From: Eubacteriales bacterium | GTDB lineage: Bacteria > Bacillota > Clostridia > Oscillospirales > CAG-272 | DNA length: 64,000 bases | Reading direction: 5' to 3' | Assembly (NCBI GenBank): GCA_045643725.1 | Contig: JAZRFQ010000043.1 | Location: 1,677-65,676, forward strand | Shown: piece by piece, positions 1 to 9,183 of the stretch | Position numbering within the stretch: position 1 is the first letter of the stretch | How the letters are laid out: each line of letters opens with the position of its first letter | Program-made: the position numbers and the translations under genes | The notes under the pieces: model-generated | The model's input: the letters and a program-made list of their open reading frames with translations, nothing else | Told to the model about the DNA's origin: nothing | The model's database searches: none

Positions 1-978
1 AGAATTCTCGAATACGCCGGGAGCAATCGCAACCACCTTAAGGTTGCCAATATATGCGGGAATAAATACGCACTTGTCGGTGCAGGTTCCAAGACCCGTA
101 ACGGTGTAGGTGTTATCCCAATTCAACTCATATTCGAGTCCCTCAGAGCCATTCGATACGACACCGCAGCCGGAGCAGGTATAGGTTACAGTCTTGCCGT
201 CAAGGATAGCTGTAACAACGTGACCAAGAGCACGAATAGCAAGTGTCTCGCGACTAAGCTCATCCTTACACGTCGAGCAATAAACTACGCTATCATACTT
301 GCCGTCTACAACGCAGGTCGCCTCGACGCGATTTTCTTCTACAGCGGTCGCAGGGGTATGGCCAAGAGCCGCAATAACGAAAGACTCGCGGCTAAGCTCG
401 TCGTCGCATACCGAGCAATAAGTCACTACGTCGTACTTACCGTCCACAGTACAGGTAGGCTCTACTCGATTCTCTTCTATAGCGGATGCAGGGGCATGAC
501 CAAGAGCCGCAATAACGAAAGACTCGCGGCTAAGTTCAGCATTACATGCCGAGCAGTAGGTTACTTCATCATATCCGCCAGCCTCTGTACAGGTAGGCTC
601 TACGCGATTCTCTTCTATAGCAGGCTTTGCCTTGTGGCTAGACTTTTTGATCTTGGCAACATCAACCTTATCGCAGCCCTCTCTGTTACAAGTACGCTCC
701 TGAGAGCCCTCCTTTGTGCAGGTAGGCTGCTCTGTGACCTTAAAACGAGTGTAATCGTGTCCAAGGGGATCGAGACGCTCGCTCTCAAGAATCTCGCCGC
801 ACTTACCTCGGCATACGAGTTGCCTCTCGCCCGCTTCCGTACAAGTAGCCTCAGTAACAACCCACTCTGTCTTTTTGTGCTCGCAGGGAATGCCAAAAAT
901 GCACGCCAAAACGATCACTACTACCGTGATAACGGATTGAATAGCAAAGACCAGAATTTTAACATGTTCTTTTTTCAT
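1..978 (-). CDS. Surface protein with Cys-rich ~40-46 aa repeat modules followed by BspA-type leucine-rich repeats. Only the N-terminal 326 aa are present because the gene runs off the left edge.
   Basis: My reverse-strand translation from the ATG at 978 gives MKKEHVKILVFAIQSVITVVVIVLACIFGIPCEH (signal/anchor). Five modules follow of the type (E/A)xTCTxxG..YCSxCxxEL..ALGH, then IPAYIGNLKVVAIAPGVFENS (LRR_5-like) at nt 1. The frame is open to the window edge. It is absent from the ORF track because no stop codon lies in the window. Confidence 0.75.
   Translation of the reverse strand, partial: MKKEHVKILVFAIQSVITVVVIVLACIFGIPCEHKKTEWVVTEATCTEAGERQLVCRGKCGEILESERLDPLGHDYTRFKVTEQPTCTKEGSQERTCNREGCDKVDVAKIKKSSHKAKPAIEENRVEPTCTEAGGYDEVTYCSACNAELSRESFVIAALGHAPASAIEENRVEPTCTVDGKYDVVTYCSVCDDELSRESFVIAALGHTPATAVEENRVEATCVVDGKYDSVVYCSTCKDELSRETLAIRALGHVVTAILDGKTVTYTCSGCGVVSNGSEGLEYELNWDNTYTVTGLGTCTDKCVFIPAYIGNLKVVAIAPGVFENS
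220..633 (-). repeat. Three in-frame tandem copies of a 138-bp unit (46 aa each) inside the Cys-repeat surface protein gene
   Basis: Unit starts at 220, 358 and 496. Long identical runs recur, such as ccaagagccgcaataacgaaagactcgcggctaag and acaggtaggctctac. The encoded repeat is AIEENRVEPTCTxxGxYDxVTYCSxCxxELSRESFVIAALGHxPA. Confidence 0.85.
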
Positions 979-1021
979 AACTTTACCTCAATGTAGCGTA
1001 TAAATATGATTTTACACTTAT

Positions 1022-1050
1022 ATTATACACGTGATTTTTTGCTTTGTCAA
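1022..1050 (-). promoter_or_regulatory. Consensus sigma-A type promoter for the Cys-repeat/LRR gene
   Basis: The minus strand reads TTGACA (1050-1045), a 17-nt spacer, then TATAAT (1027-1022), about 45 nt upstream of the ATG at 978. Confidence 0.6.
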
Positions 1051-1085
1051 GTTGTATAAGAAAAAATTGAAAAACAAAGGTAGTC

Positions 1086-1577
1086 CTATTCTACCTCTAT
1101 ACTCGCCGCCCATTTCTCAAACTCGGGAATGTAGTCAGAGGAAAGCGAAGCGTAGCAAAACATCTGGATCATCCAGATACAATCGGTGCCCTTGATAACG
1201 AGAGATCGACAGTAATAAAGCACGCCCTCTGCATCGGCGTCGGCGGCAATATAGCTGAACTCGGCGCGATCGACACCGTACTCTACCTCTACCGCCTCGT
1301 TCATACCGTTTTCGGTCAAGGCGTGGTCGACAAACTCGGCAACGTCAAGCGTTGTGATGCCCTGTACGGCAAGTGCACTCTTCGTGTGCTTGTTGAAGAC
1401 TATATAGGACTCGTCGTCGCCGTAGGCATAGAGCGCGTTCTCTATCGCGCGCTGCTCGAAGCGCGACGGGAGCTCGAAGGATATTCCCTGCTTCTCATAG
1501 CGTGTAGTACCGCAAGAGGTAAGGGTGATGCAGAAAATCAAGGTGAAAACCAGAAGTATCGGGAGCGATTTTTTCAT
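1086..1577 (-). CDS. Hypothetical lipoprotein
   Basis: MKKSLPILLVFTLIFCITLTSCGTT carries a signal peptide and an LTSC lipobox. A GGAG lies 8 nt upstream of the ATG at 1577, so the ATG at 1583 is less likely. I recognised no catalytic motif. Confidence 0.6.
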   Translation of the reverse strand: MKKSLPILLVFTLIFCITLTSCGTTRYEKQGISFELPSRFEQRAIENALYAYGDDESYIVFNKHTKSALAVQGITTLDVAEFVDHALTENGMNEAVEVEYGVDRAEFSYIAADADAEGVLYYCRSLVIKGTDCIWMIQMFCYASLSSDYIPEFEKWAASIEVE

Positions 1578-1598
1578 AAGCATATCTCCGTTTAAGGG

Positions 1599-2249
1599 TT
1601 ATTCGGTTAAGACGCGCAGGATCTGTGCAGGATCATCAGCGACGTAGTCGGCATCCGAGAGCTCTTCTCTCTTGCGGAAGCCCCAGGAAACGCCGATCAC
1701 CCTCGCGGCATTCATATTTTTGCCCGTCTGCACGTCCACGGCGGTGTCGCCGACAAAGGCACACTCTTCGGGAGCGAAACCCAGCGCAGAGAGCACAAAA
1801 AGAGGCGCGTCGGGTGCAGGCTTGAGAGGCACACCGTCCTTGCCGCCGACAACCATATCAAAGGTGTCGGGGAAGAAATGAGCAACGGCATCCTTGGCTA
1901 TTCTGTCCTGCTTGTTCGAAACAACGGCGAGGCGTATGCCTGCGCGATGAAGTTCCGAGAGAAGCTCATCGATACCGTCGTATTTAGCCGAGAGGTAATA
2001 TGGATCAGACTTGTAGTCTCGGTCGTAAGCATCGAGCACCGTATCAACGGTCTTCTCGTCCGTTACGCCGAAATGTGCGAGAGTACGGGTGATGAGAAGT
2101 CTCGCGCCGTTGCCGACGAAGTACTTGCACTGATCCTCGGTGATATTCGGGTATCCGAACTTTTGTAAAGTTTTATTTACAAAATGCGTTATTGTGGTGA
2201 TGGTGTTAAGTATGGTGCCATCAAGGTCAAAGATACAGCATTTGATCAT
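1599..2249 (-). CDS. HAD-IA family hydrolase, phosphoglycolate-phosphatase-like
   Basis: HAD motif I is FDLDGTILNT, motif II is VVSNK, and motif IV is GDTAVDVQTG. Length is 216 aa. Confidence 0.8.
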   Translation of the reverse strand: MIKCCIFDLDGTILNTITTITHFVNKTLQKFGYPNITEDQCKYFVGNGARLLITRTLAHFGVTDEKTVDTVLDAYDRDYKSDPYYLSAKYDGIDELLSELHRAGIRLAVVSNKQDRIAKDAVAHFFPDTFDMVVGGKDGVPLKPAPDAPLFVLSALGFAPEECAFVGDTAVDVQTGKNMNAARVIGVSWGFRKREELSDADYVADDPAQILRVLTE

Positions 2250-2259
2250 TTGAGTCGCC

Positions 2260-4671
2260 TCAATCTATTCTCTTGAGCTTGGCGAAGGTTGCCATCAGGC
2301 GCTTCTCCTGACCGTCATCAAATCTGACGGTATAGAGCACGTCGCCACCCATATCCTTGGCGGCAAGCACCGTTCCCTGACCGAACATCATATGCTCGAC
2401 GCGAGTGCCGGGCTCAAAGCGAGTAACACCAAAGCTCTTCGGCGTTGCACGCTCTGTCGTCTTGGTTATATCGGGACGTCTGTTCCACTCCGCAGACACG
2501 TTTTCGCGTCTGAAATTTGACACGGGTCGCCTGTAAGCAGGCTCGGAGCTGCGTGGCGGCGCGTTCTTCGGTCTATCCTCTTCGATGATCGAGCGAGGGA
2601 TTTCCTCTCTGATGAATGAGGAGAGACGGTTGTACGTAGTCTTGCCGTACATGGTGCGCGATCTTGCCGCGGTTATGCAGAGCTGATCCTTTGCGCGAGT
2701 TATTGCAACGTATGCGAGTCTGCGCTCCTCGCTCATCTCGGCGGAATCGCCGACGTCCTTATCGGACGGGAAGATTCCATCCTCCATACCTGCAAGGAAG
2801 ACCACGGGGAACTCAAGTCCCTTGGCGGCGTGAACCGTCATGAGCACGACGGCATCCGCCGACTCATCATACTTATCTATATCGCTGACGAGAGCAAGCT
2901 CCTCAAGGAAGCCCGAGAGCTCGGGAAGAATATCGGCGTCGCGACACTTGTTCTCATACTCGACCGCCGCCGAGATAAGCTCCTCTACGTTCTCGCTCTT
3001 AGTCTCGCCCTCAAAGCCCTCTGCCGCGAGCATATCGCGGTAGCCGCTCTCGTGGAACACGGCGCGAATAAGCTCGGAGGGGCTCGCCTCACGGCGTCTG
3101 ACTCCGTCAATAAGCGAGTAAAATGCCGCAAGCTTATCGGCGCTCTTGGCGAGCGAGACGTACTCCCCCGCCCTCTCGATGACCGAGAGCATCGAGCATC
3201 CCTCGGCGTTGGCGATCGCCTCGATGGCATCGACTGTTGCCGTACCGATCTTGCGCTTAGGCTCGTTGATTATTCTCTTGAGTCTGAGGTTATCCGACGA
3301 GGACGCGACGACCGAGAGATAGGCAATCATGTCCTTGATCTCCTTGCGATCGTAGAATCCGAGGTCGCCGACAACCTTAAAAGGCACGCCGCTCTTGGCA
3401 AACGAGGTCTGAAGCGATCTGCCGAGGGCGTTGACGCGGTAAAGAACGGCATAGTCGGAATATTTGCGCTTTTCCTTGTATATACCGCCTGTGATTTTGT
3501 CAACTATATACTTGCCCTCTGCCGTCTGATCCTCGAGAATGCGGAGGCTGATGGGACTTCCCTTACCCTTCGCGCACCAGAGGCTCTTCGAGTGGCGGTC
3601 GGGGTTGTTTTTGATAACCGAATTCGCCGCCTCGAGTATTATCTCGGTGGAGCGGTAATTCTGCTCGAGCTTTATCACCGTCGCGTCGGGATAGGTCTTG
3701 TCGAAATTGAGAATGTTCTCGACCGTCGCGCCGCGGAAGCGGTAAATGCTCTGATCGTCGTCGCCGACGACCATAATGTTTCTGTACTTGTCCGACAGAA
3801 GCGTAGTCAGGACGAACTGCGCGTAGTTGGTGTCCTGATACTCGTCCACGAGAACGTGGCGGAACTTGTTCTGATAGTAAGAGCGAACCTCGGCATCATC
3901 GCGAAGAAGCTCTACCGTTTTCATTATAATATCGTCAAAGTCGAGGGCGTTATTTGCCATCATGCGCTTATTGTAAAGCCTGTAGACGTCCTTGACGTGC
4001 GCGGTTCTAGGATCTGCGGTCACGTCGTAATCGTCGGGGAGGATAAGCGCGTCCTTGGCTCTGCTGATAGCATCGGCAACGGCACGGGGAGCCAGGCGCT
4101 TCTCGTCGATGTCAAGCTCCTTCATGCAGAGTGTGACCATTCGCTTCTTATCATCTGTATCATATATAGAGAAGCCCTCACGCAGGCCTACTCTGTCGCC
4201 GTACTTACGCAGAATACGCAGGCAAACAGAATGGAACGTGCCTGCCCAGACGGCGCTCGATGCCTCCTCGTCGTCGAGGGTGCGCGCGAGTCTGTCGCGG
4301 ATCTCGCGAGCCGCCTTGTTGGTGAAGGTGATGGCGAGCAGAGCCCACGGGGGCGTGGGGGCATAGATGAAGCGAGGCAAAATCTCGGCTATCTCATCCT
4401 CGGGAAGCGAAATTGCCGCCTCGAGCGCGTCTACAACCTCGGGCGTTACGTCCGCAGGGACGAAATCGGAGCTGTAAGCATCGCCATATTTAATTATGTA
4501 GGAAATTCTGTTGACGAGGACGGTGGTCTTGCCCGTACCTGCGCCCGCAAGCACGAGAAGCGGTCCTTTGGTGCAGAAGACCGCACGGCGTTGCTCGGGG
4601 TTCAAATCACGAGCGAATACCTTGTCAAAGAGAGCGCGCTTGGCGGCTAAATATCTTTTGCTGAGCTCCAA
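2260..4671 (-). CDS. pcrA: ATP-dependent DNA helicase PcrA/UvrD
   Basis: Walker A is AGAGTGKT. DEYQDTN, the helicase motifs VGDDDQSIYRFRGA and TVHAAKGLEF, and a C-terminal Tudor-like tail (MFGQGTVL..VRFDDG) are present. I place the start at the TTG at 4671, preceded by aaaggaag. Residues upstream of it in the tracked ORF look non-coding. Confidence 0.9.
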   Translation of the reverse strand: MELSKRYLAAKRALFDKVFARDLNPEQRRAVFCTKGPLLVLAGAGTGKTTVLVNRISYIIKYGDAYSSDFVPADVTPEVVDALEAAISLPEDEIAEILPRFIYAPTPPWALLAITFTNKAAREIRDRLARTLDDEEASSAVWAGTFHSVCLRILRKYGDRVGLREGFSIYDTDDKKRMVTLCMKELDIDEKRLAPRAVADAISRAKDALILPDDYDVTADPRTAHVKDVYRLYNKRMMANNALDFDDIIMKTVELLRDDAEVRSYYQNKFRHVLVDEYQDTNYAQFVLTTLLSDKYRNIMVVGDDDQSIYRFRGATVENILNFDKTYPDATVIKLEQNYRSTEIILEAANSVIKNNPDRHSKSLWCAKGKGSPISLRILEDQTAEGKYIVDKITGGIYKEKRKYSDYAVLYRVNALGRSLQTSFAKSGVPFKVVGDLGFYDRKEIKDMIAYLSVVASSSDNLRLKRIINEPKRKIGTATVDAIEAIANAEGCSMLSVIERAGEYVSLAKSADKLAAFYSLIDGVRRREASPSELIRAVFHESGYRDMLAAEGFEGETKSENVEELISAAVEYENKCRDADILPELSGFLEELALVSDIDKYDESADAVVLMTVHAAKGLEFPVVFLAGMEDGIFPSDKDVGDSAEMSEERRLAYVAITRAKDQLCITAARSRTMYGKTTYNRLSSFIREEIPRSIIEEDRPKNAPPRSSEPAYRRPVSNFRRENVSAEWNRRPDITKTTERATPKSFGVTRFEPGTRVEHMMFGQGTVLAAKDMGGDVLYTVRFDDGQEKRLMATFAKLKRID

Positions 4672-5140
4672 TGGTTTTTCTTCCTTTTTTAGTAATAATG
4701 TGCATTTTTCACGAAAATTCGGCGTTTTTTGCAGATAGCGTATAAGGATTTTGGACAAAGCCTCATTGTTTTCGTATATTTTACTCCGAAGAGTACAAAA
4801 TATTGCGACAACGCCCTTTTCAAAGGTCTTGCGTTTGCGAGTAAAAAAACTACATAAAAGCGTTTTTTGAAAAATATCCGTCTTTTTATACACGTCGCGG
4901 AGTGCAATTCGCAAAAATTGTCGCCTAGAGTCGACAAACCGACATACGACAAGGGTTTAGGACTCGAATTAGTCCACTTTTCAACAACTTGAATGTTGGT
5001 TCTGTTGAAAACCGAGGCTTTTGAAAAACTTGCTTTTTTCGTTTTTTGACTAAAAAATCTTCTTTTTTCGTTATCAAGCCTTTTCTCGAATTTTCGCATT
5101 CTGCCGCCGTTTTTCGGCGTTTTCGAGTTCGTAAGATTTA

Positions 5141-7255
5141 CTACTTTTTATTGAACTTTTTCGCAATATCGTTGTTATTTCTCTTTTTTTGAGGTGTTTT
5201 TGCGCCACTATTCGCCTTTTTACCGCCTCTTGTGAGGGCATCGGCCTCGCGGCGTATTCTTGCGGCATCTTCACCAAAAACGCGGTCGAATTTGGTCTTT
5301 TTCTTCGCGGTCTCGGGACGGTGATAGCTAACGTCGGGACGGCGAGCCGATGAGGTCGCGCTGCGCTGTGAGGGCGAGCGCTTGGTGGATCTACCCGACG
5401 ATTTGCCGGCGGTCTTGCCGCGCTTATCATTGTAATATCCGCCGCTATGCTGACCAAATGCAGGACGAACGAGGCAATCGGGGCCGTTGCCAATGAGATC
5501 CTCTCTGCCTGCGAGAGTAAGCGCCTCGCGTACAAGTCCCGCATTCTCGGGACGAGCGTATTGCAGAAGAGCGCGCTGAAGTTGCTTTTCACGGTAGTCG
5601 GTGGTGACCTTGACCGCCTTGCCGGTCATGGGGTGTATGCCGGTGTAATACATAACGGTCGAGATCGTGCCCGGGGTGGGATAGAAGTCCTGCACCTGCT
5701 CAGGCTGGTAGCCCCATCTCTTGAGCCAAAGTGCCATCTCGACGGCATCCTTCATAGTTGCGCCGGGGTGACTCGACATAAGGTAGGGGACGATATACTG
5801 CTCAAGTCCCGCCTCGCGCGAGAGCTCGAAATACTTTTTCTTGAACTGTTCGAATACCTCGATCGGCGGTTTGCCCATCATGGAGAGTGCCGCGTTAGAG
5901 CAATGCTCGGGCGCAACCTTCAGCTGACCCGAAACGTGATGTGTAACGAGCTGACGGAAGAAGGAATCATCCTTATCATATATGAGGTAATCAAAGCGGA
6001 TTCCCGAGCGCACGAAGACCTTTTTGACCTTCGGGAGTCTCTCGATATCAAGGAGAAGCTCAGCGTATTCGGTATGATCGACCTCCAAATTTTTACACGG
6101 GGTGGGGGATAGGCACTTTTTCGCAGGGCAAACGCCATCCTTCGCCTGCTTTTTGCAGGAGGCGTAGCGGAAGTTGGCGGTAGGGCCGCCGACGTCGTTG
6201 ATATAGCCCTTGAAGTCGGGAAGCTCGGTGATCTTCACCGCCTCCTCTATGACCGAGTCGTGACTGCGCGAGCGCACCTCACGTCCCTGATGGAATGCGA
6301 TGGCACAGAAATTGCATGCGCCGAAGCAACCGCGGTTGTGAGTGATCGAATGCTTCACCTCGGTGATTGCGGGAACGCCGCCCTCGGCGATATAGTCGGG
6401 GTGGAAATCGCGAGCATATGGGAGCGAATAAACAAAGTCGAGCTCCTCGCGCTCAAGCGGAGGCATCGGAGGATTCTGCACAAGCAGCTTGTCGCCGTAG
6501 CGCTCAACTATCGCCTTGCCGCGTACCGAATCGTTGTTCTTGTACTGTGTGGCGAAGGCGCGAGCGTAGGCCTGCTTGTCGGTTTTCAAGGTATCGTAAT
6601 CGCCGACCTCGATGGCATCGTAGTGTAGCTTCTCGCCCTCACGGCACATATAGACGGTGCCGCGCACGTCGCGGATCTTCTTGACGGGAACACCCTTATC
6701 AAGCAGGGCCGCGATTCTGCGGAGAATGTTCTCGCCCATTCCGTAGGTGAGAATATCGGCGCGCGAGTCAACGAGGATCGAGCGTCTGACTCTATCCTCC
6801 CAGTAATCGTAGTGAGCAAAGCGGCGCAGAGATGCCTCAAGGCCGCCGATAATGATCGGCACGTCGCCGTATGCCTCGCGGATGCGGTTGCAGTAGACGA
6901 TGGTTGCGCGATCGGGGCGACCGCCCATTTTGCCGCCTGCCGAGTAGTAATCGTAGGAGCGTTTTTTCTTGGAGACGGTATAGTGCGCGACCATAGAGTC
7001 GATATTACCGCCGGAAACCAAAAAAGCGAGCCTCGGGCGGCCAAAGCGTCGGAACGCCTCGGCACTCTTGTAGTCGGGTTGGGCAAGAACTGCCACTCTA
7101 AACCCCTCTGCCTCGAGAACTCGCGTTATAATAGCCGCACCGAAGGAGGGATGATCAACGTATGCATCACCCGTAACGTAGACGAAATCGACCTCCTGCC
7201 AATTTCTGTCGCGAACGTCGTCCATATTGACGGGCAAGAAATCTCTTCTGTCCAT
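5141..7255 (-). CDS. ygiQ: YgiQ-family (UPF0313) radical SAM protein with a long basic C-terminal tail
   Basis: The N-terminus MDRRDFLPVNMDDV..DFVYVTGDAYVDHPSFG is typical of YgiQ. The radical SAM motif is CFGACNFC. Length is 704 aa. Confidence 0.9.
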   Translation of the reverse strand: MDRRDFLPVNMDDVRDRNWQEVDFVYVTGDAYVDHPSFGAAIITRVLEAEGFRVAVLAQPDYKSAEAFRRFGRPRLAFLVSGGNIDSMVAHYTVSKKKRSYDYYSAGGKMGGRPDRATIVYCNRIREAYGDVPIIIGGLEASLRRFAHYDYWEDRVRRSILVDSRADILTYGMGENILRRIAALLDKGVPVKKIRDVRGTVYMCREGEKLHYDAIEVGDYDTLKTDKQAYARAFATQYKNNDSVRGKAIVERYGDKLLVQNPPMPPLEREELDFVYSLPYARDFHPDYIAEGGVPAITEVKHSITHNRGCFGACNFCAIAFHQGREVRSRSHDSVIEEAVKITELPDFKGYINDVGGPTANFRYASCKKQAKDGVCPAKKCLSPTPCKNLEVDHTEYAELLLDIERLPKVKKVFVRSGIRFDYLIYDKDDSFFRQLVTHHVSGQLKVAPEHCSNAALSMMGKPPIEVFEQFKKKYFELSREAGLEQYIVPYLMSSHPGATMKDAVEMALWLKRWGYQPEQVQDFYPTPGTISTVMYYTGIHPMTGKAVKVTTDYREKQLQRALLQYARPENAGLVREALTLAGREDLIGNGPDCLVRPAFGQHSGGYYNDKRGKTAGKSSGRSTKRSPSQRSATSSARRPDVSYHRPETAKKKTKFDRVFGEDAARIRREADALTRGGKKANSGAKTPQKKRNNNDIAKKFNKK

Positions 7256-7295
7256 TTTTCCTCCTATATGTCAACCATAGTTTACATTTTTAGTA

Positions 7296-7321
7296 GGTGG
7301 CGTGTAATTTGTCACGCCACC
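7296..7321 (-). terminator. GC-rich hairpin between hisS and ygiQ, a possible weak terminator or processing site
   Basis: ggtggcgtg-taatttgt-cacgccacc forms a 9-bp stem, but no clear U-tract follows on the minus strand. Confidence 0.3.
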
Positions 7322-7333
7322 GATCCTGTTATA

Positions 7334-8575
7334 TTAGAGAGTGAACTCCGAGAGGATGACCTCGGTCTGCGAGCCGTCCTCCATATTACGAAGCTGTGCT
7401 CTGCCCGACTCGATCTCCGAGTCACCGATGATGAGGGTGCGCTTTGCACCTATCTTGTTGGCGTACTTCATCTGCGCCTTGAGGCTTCTGCCAACTACGT
7501 CGCACTCAACGAATTTGCCGAGCTTTCTCTGTCTCTCGGTAATACCGAGAGCGGCGATTTGCGCGCGCTCACCCATAGCCGCGATATAGAGATCGGGCGC
7601 GGGAGCTGCGATATTATCGAGTCCTGCCTCGCGCATAGCGAGGATAACTCTCGTGATACCCATACCGAAGCCGATACCCGAAAGTGCAGGGCCGCCGAGC
7701 GACTCCACAAGACCGTCGTATCTGCCGCCGCCACAGACGGTGGACTGTGCGCCGATGCCCTCGGCGATGAACTCGAACACCGCACCGGTGTAATAGTCAA
7801 GACCGCGTACGATCGCGGGATCTACAACGTACTCGATGCCCATCTCGTCGAGCGCGGACTTGAGCATCTCAAACTTGGATGCACAGCTTTCGCAGAGGTG
7901 ATCGACGGTTCTGGGTGCGCCCTTTGCGCCCTCGGCGCAGGGGGGATACTTGCAATCAAGAAGGCGAAGAGGATTCTTGTCAAGTCTCTCAACGCAGGTG
8001 GGACAGAGCTTTTCCTTTCTGCCCGAGAAGTAAGAAACGAGCGCGCCGCGATAGTTGGGGCGGCACTCCTTACATCCGATGGAGTTGATGTGAAGCTTCA
8101 CGTTAGTGAGACCGAGGCGGCGAAGCACAGAATTTGCAAGTGCAATCGCGGTAGCATCGGCGGCAGGGCTCTCCGAGCCGAACATCTCTGTTCCGAACTG
8201 GAAGAATTCGCGGCTTCTGCCTGCCTGGGGCTTCTCGTGACGGAAGCAGGAAATTATGTAGTAATATTTGAGAGGCATCGGATCGGAGTACTTTCCGTTC
8301 TCGATAATGGCTCTTACAACCGATGCAGTCCCCTCGGGACGAAGCGAAATGGAGCGATTCTCGTCGCGGTCAGCGAAGGTATACATCTCCTTCTGAACCA
8401 CGTCGGTGGTATCGCCAACACCGCGCACGAAAAGCTCGGTGTTCTCAAAGGTAGGCGTGCGGATCTCGCCGTAGCCGTATTTCTCGGCCTCCTCGCGCAT
8501 AATCCCTTCTATGTAACGGAACAAGGGAGTCTCGCCGGGGAGAATATCCATCGTGCCTTTAATCTTCTGTATCAT
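7334..8575 (-). CDS. hisS: Histidine--tRNA ligase
   Basis: MIQKIKGTMDILPGE, YFRHEKPQAGRSREFFQFG (class II motif 2) and GGGRYDGLV (motif 3) are present. Length is 413 aa. Confidence 0.95.
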   Translation of the reverse strand: MIQKIKGTMDILPGETPLFRYIEGIMREEAEKYGYGEIRTPTFENTELFVRGVGDTTDVVQKEMYTFADRDENRSISLRPEGTASVVRAIIENGKYSDPMPLKYYYIISCFRHEKPQAGRSREFFQFGTEMFGSESPAADATAIALANSVLRRLGLTNVKLHINSIGCKECRPNYRGALVSYFSGRKEKLCPTCVERLDKNPLRLLDCKYPPCAEGAKGAPRTVDHLCESCASKFEMLKSALDEMGIEYVVDPAIVRGLDYYTGAVFEFIAEGIGAQSTVCGGGRYDGLVESLGGPALSGIGFGMGITRVILAMREAGLDNIAAPAPDLYIAAMGERAQIAALGITERQRKLGKFVECDVVGRSLKAQMKYANKIGAKRTLIIGDSEIESGRAQLRNMEDGSQTEVILSEFTL

Positions 8576-8966
8576 TTTTTACGTCCTCCGTATGTGCTAG
8601 TTTTAATATTTCGTCAAGTCGCTCGCGGTCGCCTATCCACTCGAGCATTCCGAGCACCGCTTCAAAGCCCGATGCGGCTCTGTAATCCGCCGCCTTGGCG
8701 TGTCTCGGTCTATTGAGATGCGTGGAATTCGAGGCTCTGCGATAGACCTCTGCCTCGTCCTCGAGGAGCATCGGTTTGATCCTTCGCATCATCTCCGCCT
8801 GCGCCTCGGCGGTAACGTATCTCTGCGCCGCGACGTTGAGGTCGCCCGACTTGCAATGCCCTGCCTCGATGAGCATCCGTCTGACGTAGAGCGAATGCAC
8901 AGCGTCCCCAAGGAATGAGAGCGCCTGCACCGACGGCAGCGTCGCGCCTATTATTTTGTCGTGCAT
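8559..8966 (-). CDS. mrnC: Mini-ribonuclease 3 (MrnC/YazC family)
   Basis: Reading from the ATG at 8966 (GGAGGTGA upstream) gives MHDKIIGATLPSVQALSFLGDAVHSLYVRR..YRAASGFEAVLG, an RNase III-like signature. It overlaps the hisS start by 17 nt. The upstream part of the tracked ORF is AT-rich non-coding sequence. Confidence 0.85.
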   Translation of the reverse strand: MHDKIIGATLPSVQALSFLGDAVHSLYVRRMLIEAGHCKSGDLNVAAQRYVTAEAQAEMMRRIKPMLLEDEAEVYRRASNSTHLNRPRHAKAADYRAASGFEAVLGMLEWIGDRERLDEILKLAHTEDVKNDTED

Positions 8967-9002
8967 CGTCTCACCTCCAATGAGCCCATAACATTTCATT
9001 AT

Positions 9003-9031
9003 ATTATACCATACCCCACAGGAAAAATCAA
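9003..9031 (-). promoter_or_regulatory. Promoter for mrnC-hisS
   Basis: The minus strand reads TTGATT, a 17-nt spacer, then TATAAT with a TGG extended -10. Confidence 0.55.
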
Positions 9032-9100
9032 CGGATTTATAAAATAATATATCGTATTTTATATTATTTTCGTAAATAAAAAAATATTTTTGGAAAACAC

Positions 9101-9129
9101 TTGAAATAATTATTATTATGTGGTACAAT
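9101..9129 (+). promoter_or_regulatory. Promoter for yggS-sepF
   Basis: TTGAAA (9101-9106), a 17-nt spacer, then TACAAT (9124-9129), about 55 nt before the GTG at 9184. Confidence 0.55.
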
Positions 9130-9183
9130 GTTTGATAGAATACTATCTTTATTGGTAGGCAGATATTACGAGGCAGATTTCAA

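Noticed and set aside
220-633. Regularly spaced repeats that could suggest a CRISPR array
   Set aside because: The units are contiguous 138-bp in-frame coding repeats with no unique spacers, no cas genes and no palindromic short repeat.
220-996. 258-aa plus-strand ORF with a striking internal repeat (…SRNNERLAAK…GRLY.ILFYSG…)
   Set aside because: It is the antisense reading of the 138-bp tandem repeats. The minus strand gives a signal peptide, conserved Cys modules and an LRR start behind a perfect promoter and ATG at 978. The plus-strand product is low-complexity with no RBS.
2830-4650. 606-aa ORF antisense to pcrA, and similar long antisense ORFs at 6812-8716, 20487-21728, 23027-24412, 34284-35888, 39853-41049, 44281-46749, 47299-50289, 60108-61706 and 61750-63555
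   Set aside because: These are codon-aligned shadow ORFs caused by avoidance of TTA/CTA/TCA in the sense genes. Their products are V/L/G/R-rich with no recognisable motifs, whereas the opposite strand carries unambiguous family signatures.
4672-4914. 81-aa N-terminal extension of the tracked pcrA ORF
   Set aside because: The extension is AT-rich and K/F/R-rich with no helicase similarity. A TTG at 4671 with an aaaggaag RBS gives a normal PcrA N-terminus.
4689-5099. 136-aa minus-strand ORF in the pcrA-ygiQ spacer, and the 172-aa ORF at 5074-5592
   Set aside because: The first has the composition of translated A/T tracts and no RBS. The second mostly overlaps the ygiQ 3-prime end out of frame.
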